A stretch of DNA of 64,000 nucleotides from an uncultured virus (IMG/VR IMGVR_UViG_2925643758_000002) (IMGVR_UViG_2925643758_000002); one strand, 5' to 3'; numbered from the stretch's first letter, positions 19,268-29,454 are shown. Translations and numbers: made by a program. Notes: generated by a model not told the origin, from the sequence alone.

Positions 19268-19522
19268 TTACGAGCCAGCTCCCTCTAACGCTTTAAGCCG
19301 CGCGATGATGTCGTCATACTGCGCCTTGGTTCCGAACCCGTCCGCTCCTTTTGGTCCGGTATCGCCTTTCGGTCCTTGAGGTCCAGTGTCCCCTTTATCG
19401 CCTTTCGGACCAGCCGTGCCTCCGCCTTCCTGTAATTCCTTAATTATGTCGCCGAGCTTTAGATCGTTGGCGACTGGCATAGATTCATTTAATCTCCGTT
19501 TCTGATCATCTGTAATTGCCAT
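19268..19522 (-). CDS. Collagen-like head fibre/decoration protein
   Basis: Gly-X-Y repeats GPKGDKGDTGPQGPKGDTGPKG. Confidence 0.7.
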   Translation of the reverse strand: MAITDDQKRRLNESMPVANDLKLGDIIKELQEGGGTAGPKGDKGDTGPQGPKGDTGPKGADGFGTKAQYDDIIARLKALEGAGS

Positions 19523-19573
19523 TGTTGGCCTCCTTTCAAATTAAAAAGACGGGCCGAAGCCCGTCGATTTCCA

Positions 19574-20677
19574 TTAAGATACAGTTGTCGAGATATTTTC
19601 AAGGATGGCGATTTTTTCGTTCGCGTTTTTGATCTTGATTCCGTATTCGCCACGGATCTGGCGCGCAACAAAGTCAGCTCCCGGAACTGTGGCATCCTCG
19701 TCGTAGACAGAGCGCTCGCTCAATGGATGCAGAGAGAGAATGTTACGGTCAAACAAAGCGATTTTGTTCTTAGGGAAGTTTGGATCGACGATTACAGTCG
19801 CCTCGCCTCCGCCTACCATGTCAGAAACAAAGGTGCTCACTCTGTGGCCTGTAACTGTGTCCGTTCTCTCTGTGCGGATAGTATCTTTCGCCAATTTTGA
19901 AATTTGACGAGCTCCCGCAGTATTGGTGAGAATCGTGTTAGCAGATCCGCCTCTTAAATAAACTTGTTCCATAACATCGTTAATTGCCTTAGCTCCAACC
20001 TCTTCGCCTTTTAAGTTAGCTCTAGTAGCATTTTTCAAGCTAGCGAAGTGTAGAAGACCACCCGTTGTACGAGGCTTACCGTCAATTCTGCGGCCATAGA
20101 TCAACCAGTCGTTAAATTCCCGCGCCATCTCTTTAAGACGTAGCTTTACTTGGTAGTCAAGCTCACTCGTCACATTGTGTGTGCGGACCGCTTGTTGGGT
20201 TTTTGATACAGCAGCATACCTTTCGATAATTTGCGTGAAGTTGTAATCTACATAACGGTCATGACCTTCATCGATACCGACACCAGCGCCTTCATTTTGC
20301 GGACGGGAAACGATGCGCAGCTCAGAGCCCGCCTTGATTTCCTCTTGAACTGTTCCGTCAAATCCGCGAACAACCGTCAGCACATCGCCGGACACGTTTG
20401 TGACTTTCAGATACTCTTCGCCAATAACAACGATGGCATCTTTACGGAACTTCTCCCCGTCATCTTCCGCCACAGTAATTTTTCCGTCTTCCGCTACCGA
20501 TTTAACAGTCGCGAGGTTTGAGTTCAGTCGGTCAGACATCCACTCGAATTTAGTCTGATAAAGTGCCTCTCCGTTTAAGCCGATCAGACCAAGCAACGTT
20601 GGTTCATCCTGAATAATAAGTTCAATCCCTGCATCAAGCTGCCGTACCTGATCTTTAAAATCGTAACTAGTTAACAT
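19574..20677 (-). CDS. Major capsid protein (DUF5309/SU10-like)
   Basis: KFEWMSD, NFTQII and final GEYG motifs; follows scaffold; terminator downstream. Confidence 0.82.
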   Translation of the reverse strand: MLTSYDFKDQVRQLDAGIELIIQDEPTLLGLIGLNGEALYQTKFEWMSDRLNSNLATVKSVAEDGKITVAEDDGEKFRKDAIVVIGEEYLKVTNVSGDVLTVVRGFDGTVQEEIKAGSELRIVSRPQNEGAGVGIDEGHDRYVDYNFTQIIERYAAVSKTQQAVRTHNVTSELDYQVKLRLKEMAREFNDWLIYGRRIDGKPRTTGGLLHFASLKNATRANLKGEEVGAKAINDVMEQVYLRGGSANTILTNTAGARQISKLAKDTIRTERTDTVTGHRVSTFVSDMVGGGEATVIVDPNFPKNKIALFDRNILSLHPLSERSVYDEDATVPGADFVARQIRGEYGIKIKNANEKIAILENISTTVS

Positions 20678-20688
20678 TTATTTTCCCC

Positions 20689-21360
20689 CTACTTCTTCAA
20701 AAGTGATTTCAATTTGTTTGAAAGCTCGATAACCTTCGAAAAATTCTTTTCTTTCCTTGCTTCGCTTAGCTGCGCTTCTAACGTCTTGATTTCTCCGCCG
20801 TCTCCGTCTCCTCCGCTATTAGAGGGTTGGCCGATCGGCTTCAGCGTTTGCTGTTTCGCAACCAAGTATGGTTTATTGTCAACGAGCCCCTTTACAACGT
20901 CCTCCATGCCGATTACTTTTCCGTCCTCAACCTTTACCGCGGATAGGTCAGCCAGACGTAAAGCGTCGTCAATGTAGGCGATGCCGTTGCTCGTAGCAAC
21001 CTTGATAAATTCGTTCGCCACTTTTTCCTGTTCAGCAGCCGCTTTTAAATCTTCAATCTGCTTTACGTAGGTGGCTTCAGCTTCGGCCTTTTCGTCGAGC
21101 TGTTTCGTAAGCTTTTCCAGCTCGGTCATTTCCGCCTCTTCGCGTTCTTTCTGGGCATTTTCGTAATCGCTAAGTTTCGCCTTCACTTCGTCATAGTCAG
21201 CGTACTTGTTCTTAACGCGCCCCTTTTCGCGAGCAATTACAGCGTTAAATTCCTCTTGCGTCATAGTCACCGTCTGCACTTCAGGTTTATTTTCCGGCAC
21301 CTCAGCCGTAGTTTGATCGGTAACCTCGCTTGTTTGCGTTTCTTTAAGTTCTTCGCTCAT
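20689..21360 (-). CDS. Capsid scaffolding protein
   Basis: Acidic coiled coil; MTQEEFNAVI..., KYADYDEVKAK, KPYL. Confidence 0.8.
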   Translation of the reverse strand: MSEELKETQTSEVTDQTTAEVPENKPEVQTVTMTQEEFNAVIAREKGRVKNKYADYDEVKAKLSDYENAQKEREEAEMTELEKLTKQLDEKAEAEATYVKQIEDLKAAAEQEKVANEFIKVATSNGIAYIDDALRLADLSAVKVEDGKVIGMEDVVKGLVDNKPYLVAKQQTLKPIGQPSNSGGDGDGGEIKTLEAQLSEARKEKNFSKVIELSNKLKSLLKK

Positions 21361-21452
21361 ACAGTCCCTCCACCGCTTAAAGCCCGTCGGCTATTGAGTG
21401 ATGCAGCCGTTTCTTTTAACGTCATAACGTTCGGACAAAATAAAAAAAAGCG

Positions 21453-22277
21453 CTACACGGCGCTTGATGGGTTTCTTATTGTAGAAATTACGTGCTTACA
21501 ACGCGGGTGAAATATCTCACCGGTCGCTTTGAGTTCGTCATATGTCGGATAATTGCCGAGAGCGTCGTCGGTCAGCTTAATGATTTGTCCCTCGTGGAGA
21601 CGGCATAGATCCTTCGCTCCGTGCGACGAAATTTGCGCATAATAAGCTCCGCGGCTTACCGCCTCATTCGTATGAGCTTCCCGGTAGGTTTCCATCATCT
21701 TTGTACGGACGACCATGTCCGCATACACTTCCGGCTTCCATCGATTTCCCCTCGCGTCGATAATGCCGGTATTCACCGAAGCCCGAAGAGACTTGCGCAC
21801 CATATCCGTTATGCTCCGCCGTCCGTTCGTCCCTTTGGTCATATTAAGCCGCATCGAATCCGAAACGGCTTTCCTCACGGCGGCCCGCGTCTTCCTATCG
21901 ACGTTTTGCGTAATCGCTAACAAATCCGACTGCGTATCCGCTACAGCAGCCGCAACCATGTACTCGTTTACCTCGTTAAAAGAAACGATCTTTTCCGCGT
22001 CCGCCACCGTCTTTGCTACGTCCAGAGCGACCAGTGCTCGCGCAATGCCATCGGTGGCCGCTTTCGGAACATTCTTTTTGACCCATGCGGAAGATTTTTC
22101 GTCTAAATCGCTGAGGATCTCGCTAATAGATTTCAAGGTCGCCAACGCGTTAGCCCTTCGAAAATTATCGAGGTCAATTCGTTCAAGCTCGGCCAAAATG
22201 TCCCGTACAGCTTCCTGATAATACCCGGCAAGCCGATTCGTCTGATAATCGTATTGAGGCTCAGTAGAGCGAGGCAT
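21453..22277 (-). CDS. Minor capsid / head morphogenesis protein
   Basis: DARGNRW...YADMVVRT and C-terminal FHPRCKH. Confidence 0.8.
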   Translation of the reverse strand: MPRSTEPQYDYQTNRLAGYYQEAVRDILAELERIDLDNFRRANALATLKSISEILSDLDEKSSAWVKKNVPKAATDGIARALVALDVAKTVADAEKIVSFNEVNEYMVAAAVADTQSDLLAITQNVDRKTRAAVRKAVSDSMRLNMTKGTNGRRSITDMVRKSLRASVNTGIIDARGNRWKPEVYADMVVRTKMMETYREAHTNEAVSRGAYYAQISSHGAKDLCRLHEGQIIKLTDDALGNYPTYDELKATGEIFHPRCKHVISTIRNPSSAV

Positions 22278-23908
22278 TAACTATCGTCCTCCTCTTCGAT
22301 TTCCTCTTTATCCTCGTCCGAGGGGCTCTTTTCCGGTTCTTCCTTGTTGAAAATCGATCCGTCAACAAAGCCGCTCGTCGTTTTTTCGTCTTCTTCAATG
22401 CGGCGAATGATTTCGTCAGCTTTTTCGTCGTCCACATCGTCCTGCTGTTTAATGGCTCCGCGAACATCAATCGTAGGCTTGCCGCCTGTGCGGATTTGCA
22501 TAATCTCAGCGAGCTCTTTTTCATTCTTCGGAAGTCCGTCGCTCCAAATAGCCCGTGGATAAACCGCATTTTCAACGTCGATGACACCGACTGCTTTTTC
22601 GAGCAGCATACACGTCCAAAGAGCATCGCGTATCGCTTTATCGTAATGGGCGCGAATACGTTTTATTTTCGAAAGTATAGGCATGAATCGAGCTTTTATC
22701 GCCGCGCCGTCTGTATGCGAAGTCCCGGTCCCACCAGAATTATCTCCGGACATTGTTGTTCCGAAAAGCCATTGCGGAGTCTCAGACATCTGAAAGACAA
22801 TACTCAATAGCATGTCGAGCTGTTTGAACGCGGCATCAAGCTGAGCCTGCCACACCATATATCCGGGCGTCGGGTCGTCTTTATTTACCGGAATGTATTT
22901 GCCACCAAACTGCACGGCTCCGTTAGTCGTTTCTAAATCTGGGCCATACGCTGTAGGGTCACTGTGTTTCCAAAGAATATAATCGATCTGAACAAGCCGG
23001 TCGTTGATCGCTGCGAATACCGTTTCGATCTTCTCCAATCCGCCAATACCGAAATAGCTGTCATCGATTGATTTATAAGGTATGTGAAAGACCGGAATGT
23101 GCGGGATGAACGTTTCTTCGTGATCTTCTTCGCGACCCGTTGGCACCTCTTCGCCTATATTGAAAACGCTGATTGGGGCGCCGCCTGAAACATCGACGCC
23201 ATTCTGATATAGTCTGTAGCGCGTATAAAAGATATGTCCCGGTATATGGCGCTCTACGTTTAAGAAAGGAATTTCCGTCTGCTCCGTCTCTACCCATTCG
23301 ACTTGGGCTATATTGACCGCTTTAATCTGCTTAACATTTCCGGCTGAAAACTCAGGGAAAACGCAATTCGCATTAACATGCTCAACAACGGACTCCATTT
23401 TCGCTTCTTCTGGAATACCTAATCCCATCGAAATGAGTTCGGAGTAGTCTTGACGGTATCCAAATCGAACCTTAATCCAAGCGTCACCGCGATACCCGTT
23501 CGACATGGCACTCTCGTGCAGCAGTTGATTGAGGTCGTTTTCTTCTACGTACCTGTTGAGCGCTGTTTGCTCTTTGCTAGTGTCATCCAGCCCGCTCTCA
23601 AAATGAACAGGCTCTCCGACGAGCATATCCGCGGGCTTGGTGACGAGTATGTCCGCCAGATTAACCGCGATGTAGAGCTTTTCGAGCTGTTTCGATTGTG
23701 GCGAATCTTTTAAAATGTCCGTAGCCCTTTCGTACACGTCTCGGTGCTTTCCCTCGAAGAGCTTACGCATACGCTTATACTTCGCCAACCTCTCTATTGA
23801 ATCATCCGGAGGAAATTGCGCGCCTTCCCGAATGATACTGTATGTCTTTTTGACTGTGTATTCATCCGAAGGCTGGTCGTGTTTCTTTAGTAAGTTGAAA
23901 AACCCCAA
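22277..23908 (-). CDS. Portal protein (SPP1-like)
   Basis: 543 aa, N....V.K.AD.L.GE motif, acidic tail; position. Confidence 0.85.
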   Translation of the reverse strand: MGFFNLLKKHDQPSDEYTVKKTYSIIREGAQFPPDDSIERLAKYKRMRKLFEGKHRDVYERATDILKDSPQSKQLEKLYIAVNLADILVTKPADMLVGEPVHFESGLDDTSKEQTALNRYVEENDLNQLLHESAMSNGYRGDAWIKVRFGYRQDYSELISMGLGIPEEAKMESVVEHVNANCVFPEFSAGNVKQIKAVNIAQVEWVETEQTEIPFLNVERHIPGHIFYTRYRLYQNGVDVSGGAPISVFNIGEEVPTGREEDHEETFIPHIPVFHIPYKSIDDSYFGIGGLEKIETVFAAINDRLVQIDYILWKHSDPTAYGPDLETTNGAVQFGGKYIPVNKDDPTPGYMVWQAQLDAAFKQLDMLLSIVFQMSETPQWLFGTTMSGDNSGGTGTSHTDGAAIKARFMPILSKIKRIRAHYDKAIRDALWTCMLLEKAVGVIDVENAVYPRAIWSDGLPKNEKELAEIMQIRTGGKPTIDVRGAIKQQDDVDDEKADEIIRRIEEDEKTTSGFVDGSIFNKEEPEKSPSDEDKEEIEEEDDS

Positions 23909-23910
23909 CG

Positions 23911-24342
23911 CTATTCCTCCTCTCCGATAATGTCAGCCAGTTCTTCGAGTTCCTTCTCGATATCTTCGTTACTGCGGGCGCCTCCGTCTGCTTCATTGGT
24001 CGTTATCTGACGATCGGTCAACAATCCGTGACGACGCATGAACAAGTCGATAGCTTTAACTGAAGGCTGCGGTCCTTTTATCAGCTTTAGGAGCTGCCCG
24101 TATACTTCGGACCGGTGCCCGGAAAGCATGTCGTCCGCTAATAGGTTCATGTATTCGATGAATATCGGATTTTGAAACCGCCATCGATAAAGCGTCATGC
24201 GACTTACCCCGATTTCTTCGGCCAGCGCGTCCTGGCTTCGTTTGTTCCCGTCTTCGGGCGTGACTTCATTACTCGCAACGACTTGCGCTGCCTTACGTTG
24301 CTGAAGCGTTAGTTTTGCTTCGAGCTCTTTCATCCGCGACAT
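23911..24342 (-). CDS. phBC6A51-family HTH protein, putative terminase small subunit
   Basis: LT.QQ.KAA, AEEIGVSRMTLYRW and SVKAIDLF...G.L.D. Confidence 0.7.
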   Translation of the reverse strand: MSRMKELEAKLTLQQRKAAQVVASNEVTPEDGNKRSQDALAEEIGVSRMTLYRWRFQNPIFIEYMNLLADDMLSGHRSEVYGQLLKLIKGPQPSVKAIDLFMRRHGLLTDRQITTNEADGGARSNEDIEKELEELADIIGEEE

Positions 24343-24358
24343 TTTATCGCCTCCTTTC

Positions 24359-26113
24359 TTATAGCCATCCCGGCTTCTTCACTAGCCTTGTTTTCGGCCT
24401 GAATACGGATTCGAGCGCCTGTTGAAGCGCGTCGAGTGAATCAACGTAATCGCCGAAAGGATACTGCGCCATCTGATCGAGAAGCATCGTATGCCTATCG
24501 TTCAGAATTAGCGTTTTGTTATGAAGCATCGGCTCCATCGACTGAATACGCTCGTCTTTCGAAGACTTATGCGATTTCACATCGTTCACGCGGCACGTAT
24601 AAAGACCTTCCTGCCGGACCCGCTCTTGAAGCTGACGATAGTATTCGTGCTGCGCGTTTATTGTTTCGACGTTGAAGGAACGGTGCCGATATTGTTTGAT
24701 TTTCCGAATAATGACGTCAATGTATACGTGAGCCGGCTCCTTCGACGCGTATTCATCGAGTACGAAAATGTATCCGGTCGGCTCGTGTTTGCCGAGCGTA
24801 ATAACCGAGTTGTAGCAAGACCTCGCATTCTTACCCTGCGCGATATCCCACGCGCCAACAATTAGAAGATCGCTGACCGGTATTTTTAATTCGTTGTACA
24901 CGACGTATGCTGTTCCGTTCTCGTGGTAGTAGTGATAATAAGCGTAGTTATCCGGAAAGAAAAACTGCTCGTCTTCACTGAAAGCCAAGTTTCGGAATTC
25001 CGAATTGTATGCGCGCGTTCCCATGTTTACTTTTTCGTGCATAAGCTCGCGATAGGTCCAGCGCCAAGGCCACGCCAGCTCGACGCCGTCCTCCAACGCC
25101 TCTTTATGCGCTTCGTAAAATTCGTCAGCCTCTTCGATCGTTTCTGCTCTCGCATAGACCTCGCAGTATTTGTCCCATAATTCCGGGTGTGTTGGCTCGC
25201 TTATGATCGCTCCGTGAAAGCTCGCCTTGAAATCCTTACGCTTCAGAACGTGGTTAAGAAGCCCGGTCGCCGAAACCATTGTCCCGACTAACACGATTGC
25301 CGTCGCCTTAGACCCGATCGGAACAACGACCGAGTTAAACCAATGAACGAGCTTTTCACGTGCTTCCTTGGTTCCTTCGTTGTTTGTCGATGACGGGTCG
25401 TCAATTATTACGAGATCCGGCCGGACAGCTCCGTGACGCTTACCGCGAAGCTGCTTACCCGAGGATGACGACTCGATAAGGATATTCGTCGTTGTAATGA
25501 ACGCCTCTTCGTTATCCTTTTCGTTGCGGCTTGCCGACTCGTGCATCATAGGCCCGAAGTCTTCCCGGAGCTTGGCGTTAAATTTCATTTGCTTGTTAAC
25601 CCATCCGATGAGCTTTTTCGATAGCGAATCCGTCTCTGATATCACGAGGATATATTTGCGCTTTCTATAAGCCGCTTGGTGTAACGGCAAAGCGTTCGAA
25701 AACATTCCGGACTTTGAGTGGCCCCGAGCTGCCGCGATTGCAAGACGCGCATTCCTTTTTTCTTCGTTGACGTAATCGCAAAGCTCAAAAAACTCTTCGT
25801 GTATCTTCGCGATATCTTCAATGCCATCATGGGGCGTCCCGTCATCAGAGTTCCTTACGACATTATCCTCGTTTTCCGGATTTAGGCCGTCGCTCAAATA
25901 CTCGTAGGTGAAATATGCGATATCCACCTCAGCACGATGAACACGCTTCAGCTTAATTAATTCGGCCTTGTTCTTCCGGAACATATCGATATGGTAATCG
26001 GTGGCTTTTTTCGCTTTAATGAGGGCCGCTAATCGGCGCACACTCTCGATCAATAAGTCGATACGCTCCTGTCGCTCTTCACGATCCAACCATTTTCCGT
26101 TAATATACGCCAA
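24359..26113 (-). CDS. terL: Terminase large subunit
   Basis: ARGHSKS Walker A, RPDLVIIDD Walker B, C-terminal D.LDAL; TTG start at 26113 with AAAGGAGG RBS (track ORF over-extended). Confidence 0.92.
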   Translation of the reverse strand: MAYINGKWLDREERQERIDLLIESVRRLAALIKAKKATDYHIDMFRKNKAELIKLKRVHRAEVDIAYFTYEYLSDGLNPENEDNVVRNSDDGTPHDGIEDIAKIHEEFFELCDYVNEEKRNARLAIAAARGHSKSGMFSNALPLHQAAYRKRKYILVISETDSLSKKLIGWVNKQMKFNAKLREDFGPMMHESASRNEKDNEEAFITTTNILIESSSSGKQLRGKRHGAVRPDLVIIDDPSSTNNEGTKEAREKLVHWFNSVVVPIGSKATAIVLVGTMVSATGLLNHVLKRKDFKASFHGAIISEPTHPELWDKYCEVYARAETIEEADEFYEAHKEALEDGVELAWPWRWTYRELMHEKVNMGTRAYNSEFRNLAFSEDEQFFFPDNYAYYHYYHENGTAYVVYNELKIPVSDLLIVGAWDIAQGKNARSCYNSVITLGKHEPTGYIFVLDEYASKEPAHVYIDVIIRKIKQYRHRSFNVETINAQHEYYRQLQERVRQEGLYTCRVNDVKSHKSSKDERIQSMEPMLHNKTLILNDRHTMLLDQMAQYPFGDYVDSLDALQQALESVFRPKTRLVKKPGWL

Positions 26114-26195
26114 ATTATCGCCCTCCTTTCGCTTGACATTCGTTTTTAATTTCGTTAATATGAATTTAACATATTGAGAACGGAGTGAAATTCGA

Positions 26196-26744
26196 ATGAA
26201 CGAAGTCCAACCGATTAGAGAAAAACGCCAAATAAACGCAATAAAAAAAGCCCTTCGCGGGCGTGATCTGCTTTTATTTACGCTCGGCATTAATTCCGGC
26301 CTACGTATTTCCGATATACTCGCACTCAAAGTCGGTGATGTGCGCGGAAAGGACTTCGTTGCGATTACGGAAGGGAAAACGAAGAAGTCAAAACGTTTCT
26401 TCTTCAATGCCGCAATCAAGAAAGCCGTTGCTGACCTGATTCCGGCCGAAGCAAACGACGACGACTGGCTTTTCCCTTCTCGGAAAGGTTCGAAAGCTAT
26501 TACCCGCGTCCGTGCTTACGGGATTCTTAACGAAGCTATTGAGCGCGCAGGCCTTTCGGAGAAGCTCGGCACAATCGGCTGCCATTCGTTGCGTAAGACT
26601 TTCGGCTACCACGCGTACAAGAACGGCACAGATCTTACGCTACTTCAATCGATTTTCAACCACTCGAAGCAGTCGGTCACGTTGAGATATATCGGAATCA
26701 ATCAGGACCGGATCGACGAAGTATACGCGAATGTTAATCTATAA
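26196..26744 (+). CDS. Small tyrosine recombinase (catalytic domain only)
   Basis: GINSGLRISD, HSLRKTFGY and NHS...TLRYIG; own TTGACA promoter at 26133. Confidence 0.9.
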   Translation: MNEVQPIREKRQINAIKKALRGRDLLLFTLGINSGLRISDILALKVGDVRGKDFVAITEGKTKKSKRFFFNAAIKKAVADLIPAEANDDDWLFPSRKGSKAITRVRAYGILNEAIERAGLSEKLGTIGCHSLRKTFGYHAYKNGTDLTLLQSIFNHSKQSVTLRYIGINQDRIDEVYANVNL

Positions 26745-26982
26745 GACGACGGGCGCCCCAACGTTTGAGCCGCAGCCAACGTAGGTGTGCCCGTCTTTTT
26801 TCGTATACGCCGGCTGCAGCTCCGACTTCTTCCTGCCGCTTCCGTATTTCGGCTCCATACCGCAGCAGACACACCGACTTGCAATCGCATACTTCGAAAT
26901 GGCGTGAACAATTGGACGGGGCACAGTGGGATTCCATTTGCTTATTTGTCATAGGCGACCGCCTCCGTTTAACTTTATCCAC
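26734..26982 (-). CDS. Small Cys-rich hypothetical protein
   Basis: ORF coupled to upstream gene; true start probably the internal MTNK. Confidence 0.45.
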   Translation of the reverse strand: MDKVKRRRSPMTNKQMESHCAPSNCSRHFEVCDCKSVCLLRYGAEIRKRQEEVGAAAGVYEKRRAHLRWLRLKRWGARRLID

Positions 26983-27245
26983 TGTGTCTTCTTCGTCGGA
27001 TGCGTGTCTTTATACCCGATATTTCTGACGACCTCTCGCTCCCACCGCTTCTCTCGATCGGTTGTAAGTTCCCTGTACGCTACTATAACCTTAGTTGGAC
27101 GCGTTCCTTTATGTTGCCAACCGACGGCTGCCTGACCAACAGCTAAAGCTCGGAAATAAATACGCTTGTTGTCGACATCTCTAAAAATATTTTCGAGAAA
27201 TCTGGCTTGCTCCGGTGTATCGACTATCATAACTACGAACTCCAT
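26949..27245 (-). CDS. Hypothetical protein
   Basis: Start MEFVV overlaps the upstream stop codon. Confidence 0.5.
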   Translation of the reverse strand: MEFVVMIVDTPEQARFLENIFRDVDNKRIYFRALAVGQAAVGWQHKGTRPTKVIVAYRELTTDREKRWEREVVRNIGYKDTHPTKKTQWIKLNGGGRL

Positions 27246-27850
27246 TAACACGGAACTCCATTTCCATCTACACAAGAGATTTTTAATAACCGCTTGATTC
27301 TCTGTCCTCTCGGAACACTGACACCCGGATCTACAAAAACTACTTTTCCGTTTAAATTCGGCGCGTTTCTTTGGGTTTCTACAGATAGATAAACAACATC
27401 TTTAAACGTATTTTCTAATGCCCGGATTGACGTGCTTGTTCCCATCCCTCGACCAATGTAGACTTCACCTTCTGCGCCTGAAGAGTAAGCGCCGTAAATA
27501 ATGTCGTTCGCTAATCGAAATTCCTCCGAGTACCAATCGCCAGCTAATCGTCTTACATTTTCAATATACTCCTCGTAAACAGTTGAGGGAACGCCCTTGC
27601 GTTTCGCCTGCTCCTCGCGCAATTCAGCTAGCGCCTGTGTCGCCGCCTTTGCTTCGCGCTGTAGCGCTTTGAGGCCGGTTATAGCTTCTGATACCTCTAC
27701 GGCTACTTTTACGCTAACGTCGCCTGTTGCGTAAATATTTCCGGTTTGAGATTCTAGGCTGAATTTTGGAGCTTGATATCCGTCTGATAAGGAATAAGAA
27801 TCTACCCTTGCCATTTCTGAATTTCCTGTTGATTCGCGTTTGTCCGCCAT
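27245..27850 (-). CDS. Hypothetical phage protein
   Basis: AAAGGAG RBS; 201 aa with a coiled segment. Confidence 0.6.
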   Translation of the reverse strand: MADKRESTGNSEMARVDSYSLSDGYQAPKFSLESQTGNIYATGDVSVKVAVEVSEAITGLKALQREAKAATQALAELREEQAKRKGVPSTVYEEYIENVRRLAGDWYSEEFRLANDIIYGAYSSGAEGEVYIGRGMGTSTSIRALENTFKDVVYLSVETQRNAPNLNGKVVFVDPGVSVPRGQRIKRLLKISCVDGNGVPC

Positions 27851-27906
27851 TCACATCGTCTCCTTTTCGTTTCTCAAAGCGCGCTTCATCGTGAAACCCA
27901 CTTTTA

Positions 27907-27965
27907 CAGGGGCGGCAGGGATCGAACCTGCCCAAATAATTCGCCACCGAGGAACATGCGCCCCT
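27907..27965 (-). pseudogene. tRNA-like element lacking the anticodon arm
   Basis: Acceptor stem AGGGGCG/CGCCCCT and T arm GCAGG-TTCGATC-CCTGC; only about 59 nt. Confidence 0.7.
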
Positions 27966-28251
27966 ATTTGCCACACCGACCGGGGTCCGCATTGTTAAGA
28001 GGCGTGTCGGTGGGTGCGCTAGCGTCACCGGAAGGCTCGGAAGCACATTCCGACTGATCAGTAAAACGCAAGCACAAAAAGACCTCCGCCGTAGGGTGCG
28101 GAAGCCTCGTTCTGATTGCGTCTATACACCGAGATCAGGACGCATCCCTTACTCGCTCGTTTTTCTGCCGGACAATGCCGGATGTATAGTTGGCGCTGTT
28201 GGCTTTTAGCAAGCTGCGATAGCTTGGCACGCCGCCTTGGCTATTCGTTTA

Positions 28252-28331
28252 TTATGCGGGCGAGGATTTGCACCTCGCATAAGTTTACGGCCCTCCGGCT
28301 TGTCTGCGTCTACCTATTCCGCCACCGCATT
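28252..28331 (-). ncRNA. tRNA-like element (Leu-type D arm, aberrant anticodon region)
   Basis: ATGCGG/CCGCAT stem, TGGCGGAATAGGTAGACGC D arm, GCGAGG-TGCAAAT-CCTCGC T arm. Confidence 0.65.
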
Positions 28332-28403
28332 CGTATAAATTAGCGCCTCTAACCGTCGCCCTACCGAATACCCTCCGACTGGATTAAAACGGCTGTGGCG
28401 TGC

Positions 28404-28550
28404 TTATTTCGTGGAATAATTGTATTCTATTTCGTCTGCGTTGCAATCCTCGCAATAAAAGTGCGCAGCCATGTCGAAGTTTCCGAAAGCTACAACGTTC
28501 TTTGATCCGCAACACTTACATATGATTTCGAAATTTTCCAGCGGTAGCAC
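28404..28550 (-). CDS. Small zinc-ribbon protein (about 48 aa, not in ORF track)
   Basis: Manual translation ..ICKCCGSKNV..FYCEDCNA..; GGAGG near the start; exact start uncertain. Confidence 0.55.
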   Translation of the reverse strand: MLPLENFEIICKCCGSKNVVAFGNFDMAAHFYCEDCNADEIEYNYSTK

Positions 28551-29105
28551 CTCCGTTTAGTTGACGCCCCGAGTTCGAAAAATTGTGCGCAAGTTCCGGA
28601 CAGCAGTTGCGCCGGTATTTTTGGGGGCGGTTGGGGGCCCGGCGTTTCCGCGATTCTTCGTTTGGGTCATCGTATATTAAATACATATTTATGAATAACG
28701 AATTTAACAGAAGTAAATTGAGTTACATTCGAATCAATAGACAAACGTTGATATGATAACGTTCGTCATCGTTTACTCATCGCAATTAAACGTACATAGT
28801 TTATGCATTCGAGAACCCGCGCCACGCCTGCACCCTGCCGCATGCCCTGTGCCGTATGCTATGTATAGGATCGTGCATATTGCGTTGGTCATTCGGTTTG
28901 ACCCCGTGAGTTTCGGAAGGGCTCATCCTCTGGCAGTGGCTCGTTGCTGTCCGCCTCATCACGCATCGCAACCGGACGCCTCTCCGCCGCCTTCCTTCCT
29001 ATATAACTATACGTATGCCTATACGGTGTTACATATAGCGTATGTGTGCCGGCTATATCCCGCCTGCCTATCGCTAGGTTATACGGTATGTTACGTCCTT
29101 CTATT

Positions 29106-29130
29106 ACGTATAGACAGCTAAGGCGGTAAA
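29106..29130 (-). promoter_or_regulatory. Putative phage late promoter motif, copy 1
   Basis: 22/25 identical to 34543-34567; upstream of the packaging/structural genes. Confidence 0.55.
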
Positions 29131-29403
29131 TTATACGGTATTATCGTTGTCCTTCCGTTATTTATTTCGTTAGGTTAACGTTCTGCTAACGGATGTCTTC
29201 CGCTTGTACTTAAACATAGCGCTAATTCCGGTCACTTCGTTCCCTACATACGCGCAGATATTAATAGATATATTGATTGCGTTAACCCCGGACGAAGGCG
29301 GAGCCGTAGTTCCGGAGGCTTGTGACTCACAAGACTAAGAAGTGATTGGCGGACTAAAACGGCTGTATCCCTTGCGGTTCTAAGCGCGAACCTACTTTTC
29401 GGG

Positions 29404-29454
29404 TGTACGAATAAAGTCGTGTTTTTGCCCGATTTGTACGAATAAAGTCGTGTT
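29404..29454. repeat. Perfect 20-bp direct repeat TGTACGAATAAAGTCGTGTT x2
   Basis: Copies at 29404-29423 and 29435-29454, 31-bp period. Confidence 0.9.

Noticed and set aside
26114..26419. N-terminal 102 aa of the 686-aa terminase ORF
   Set aside because: It is the antisense shadow of the recombinase; the RBS supports TTG at 26113
28753..29121. 122-aa plus-strand ORF, and the many other short antisense ORFs in the track
   Set aside because: No RBS and atypical composition; most overlap well-supported genes on the opposite strand
29404..29454. Mini-CRISPR array
   Set aside because: Only two 20-bp copies with an 11-bp gap, too short for a spacer
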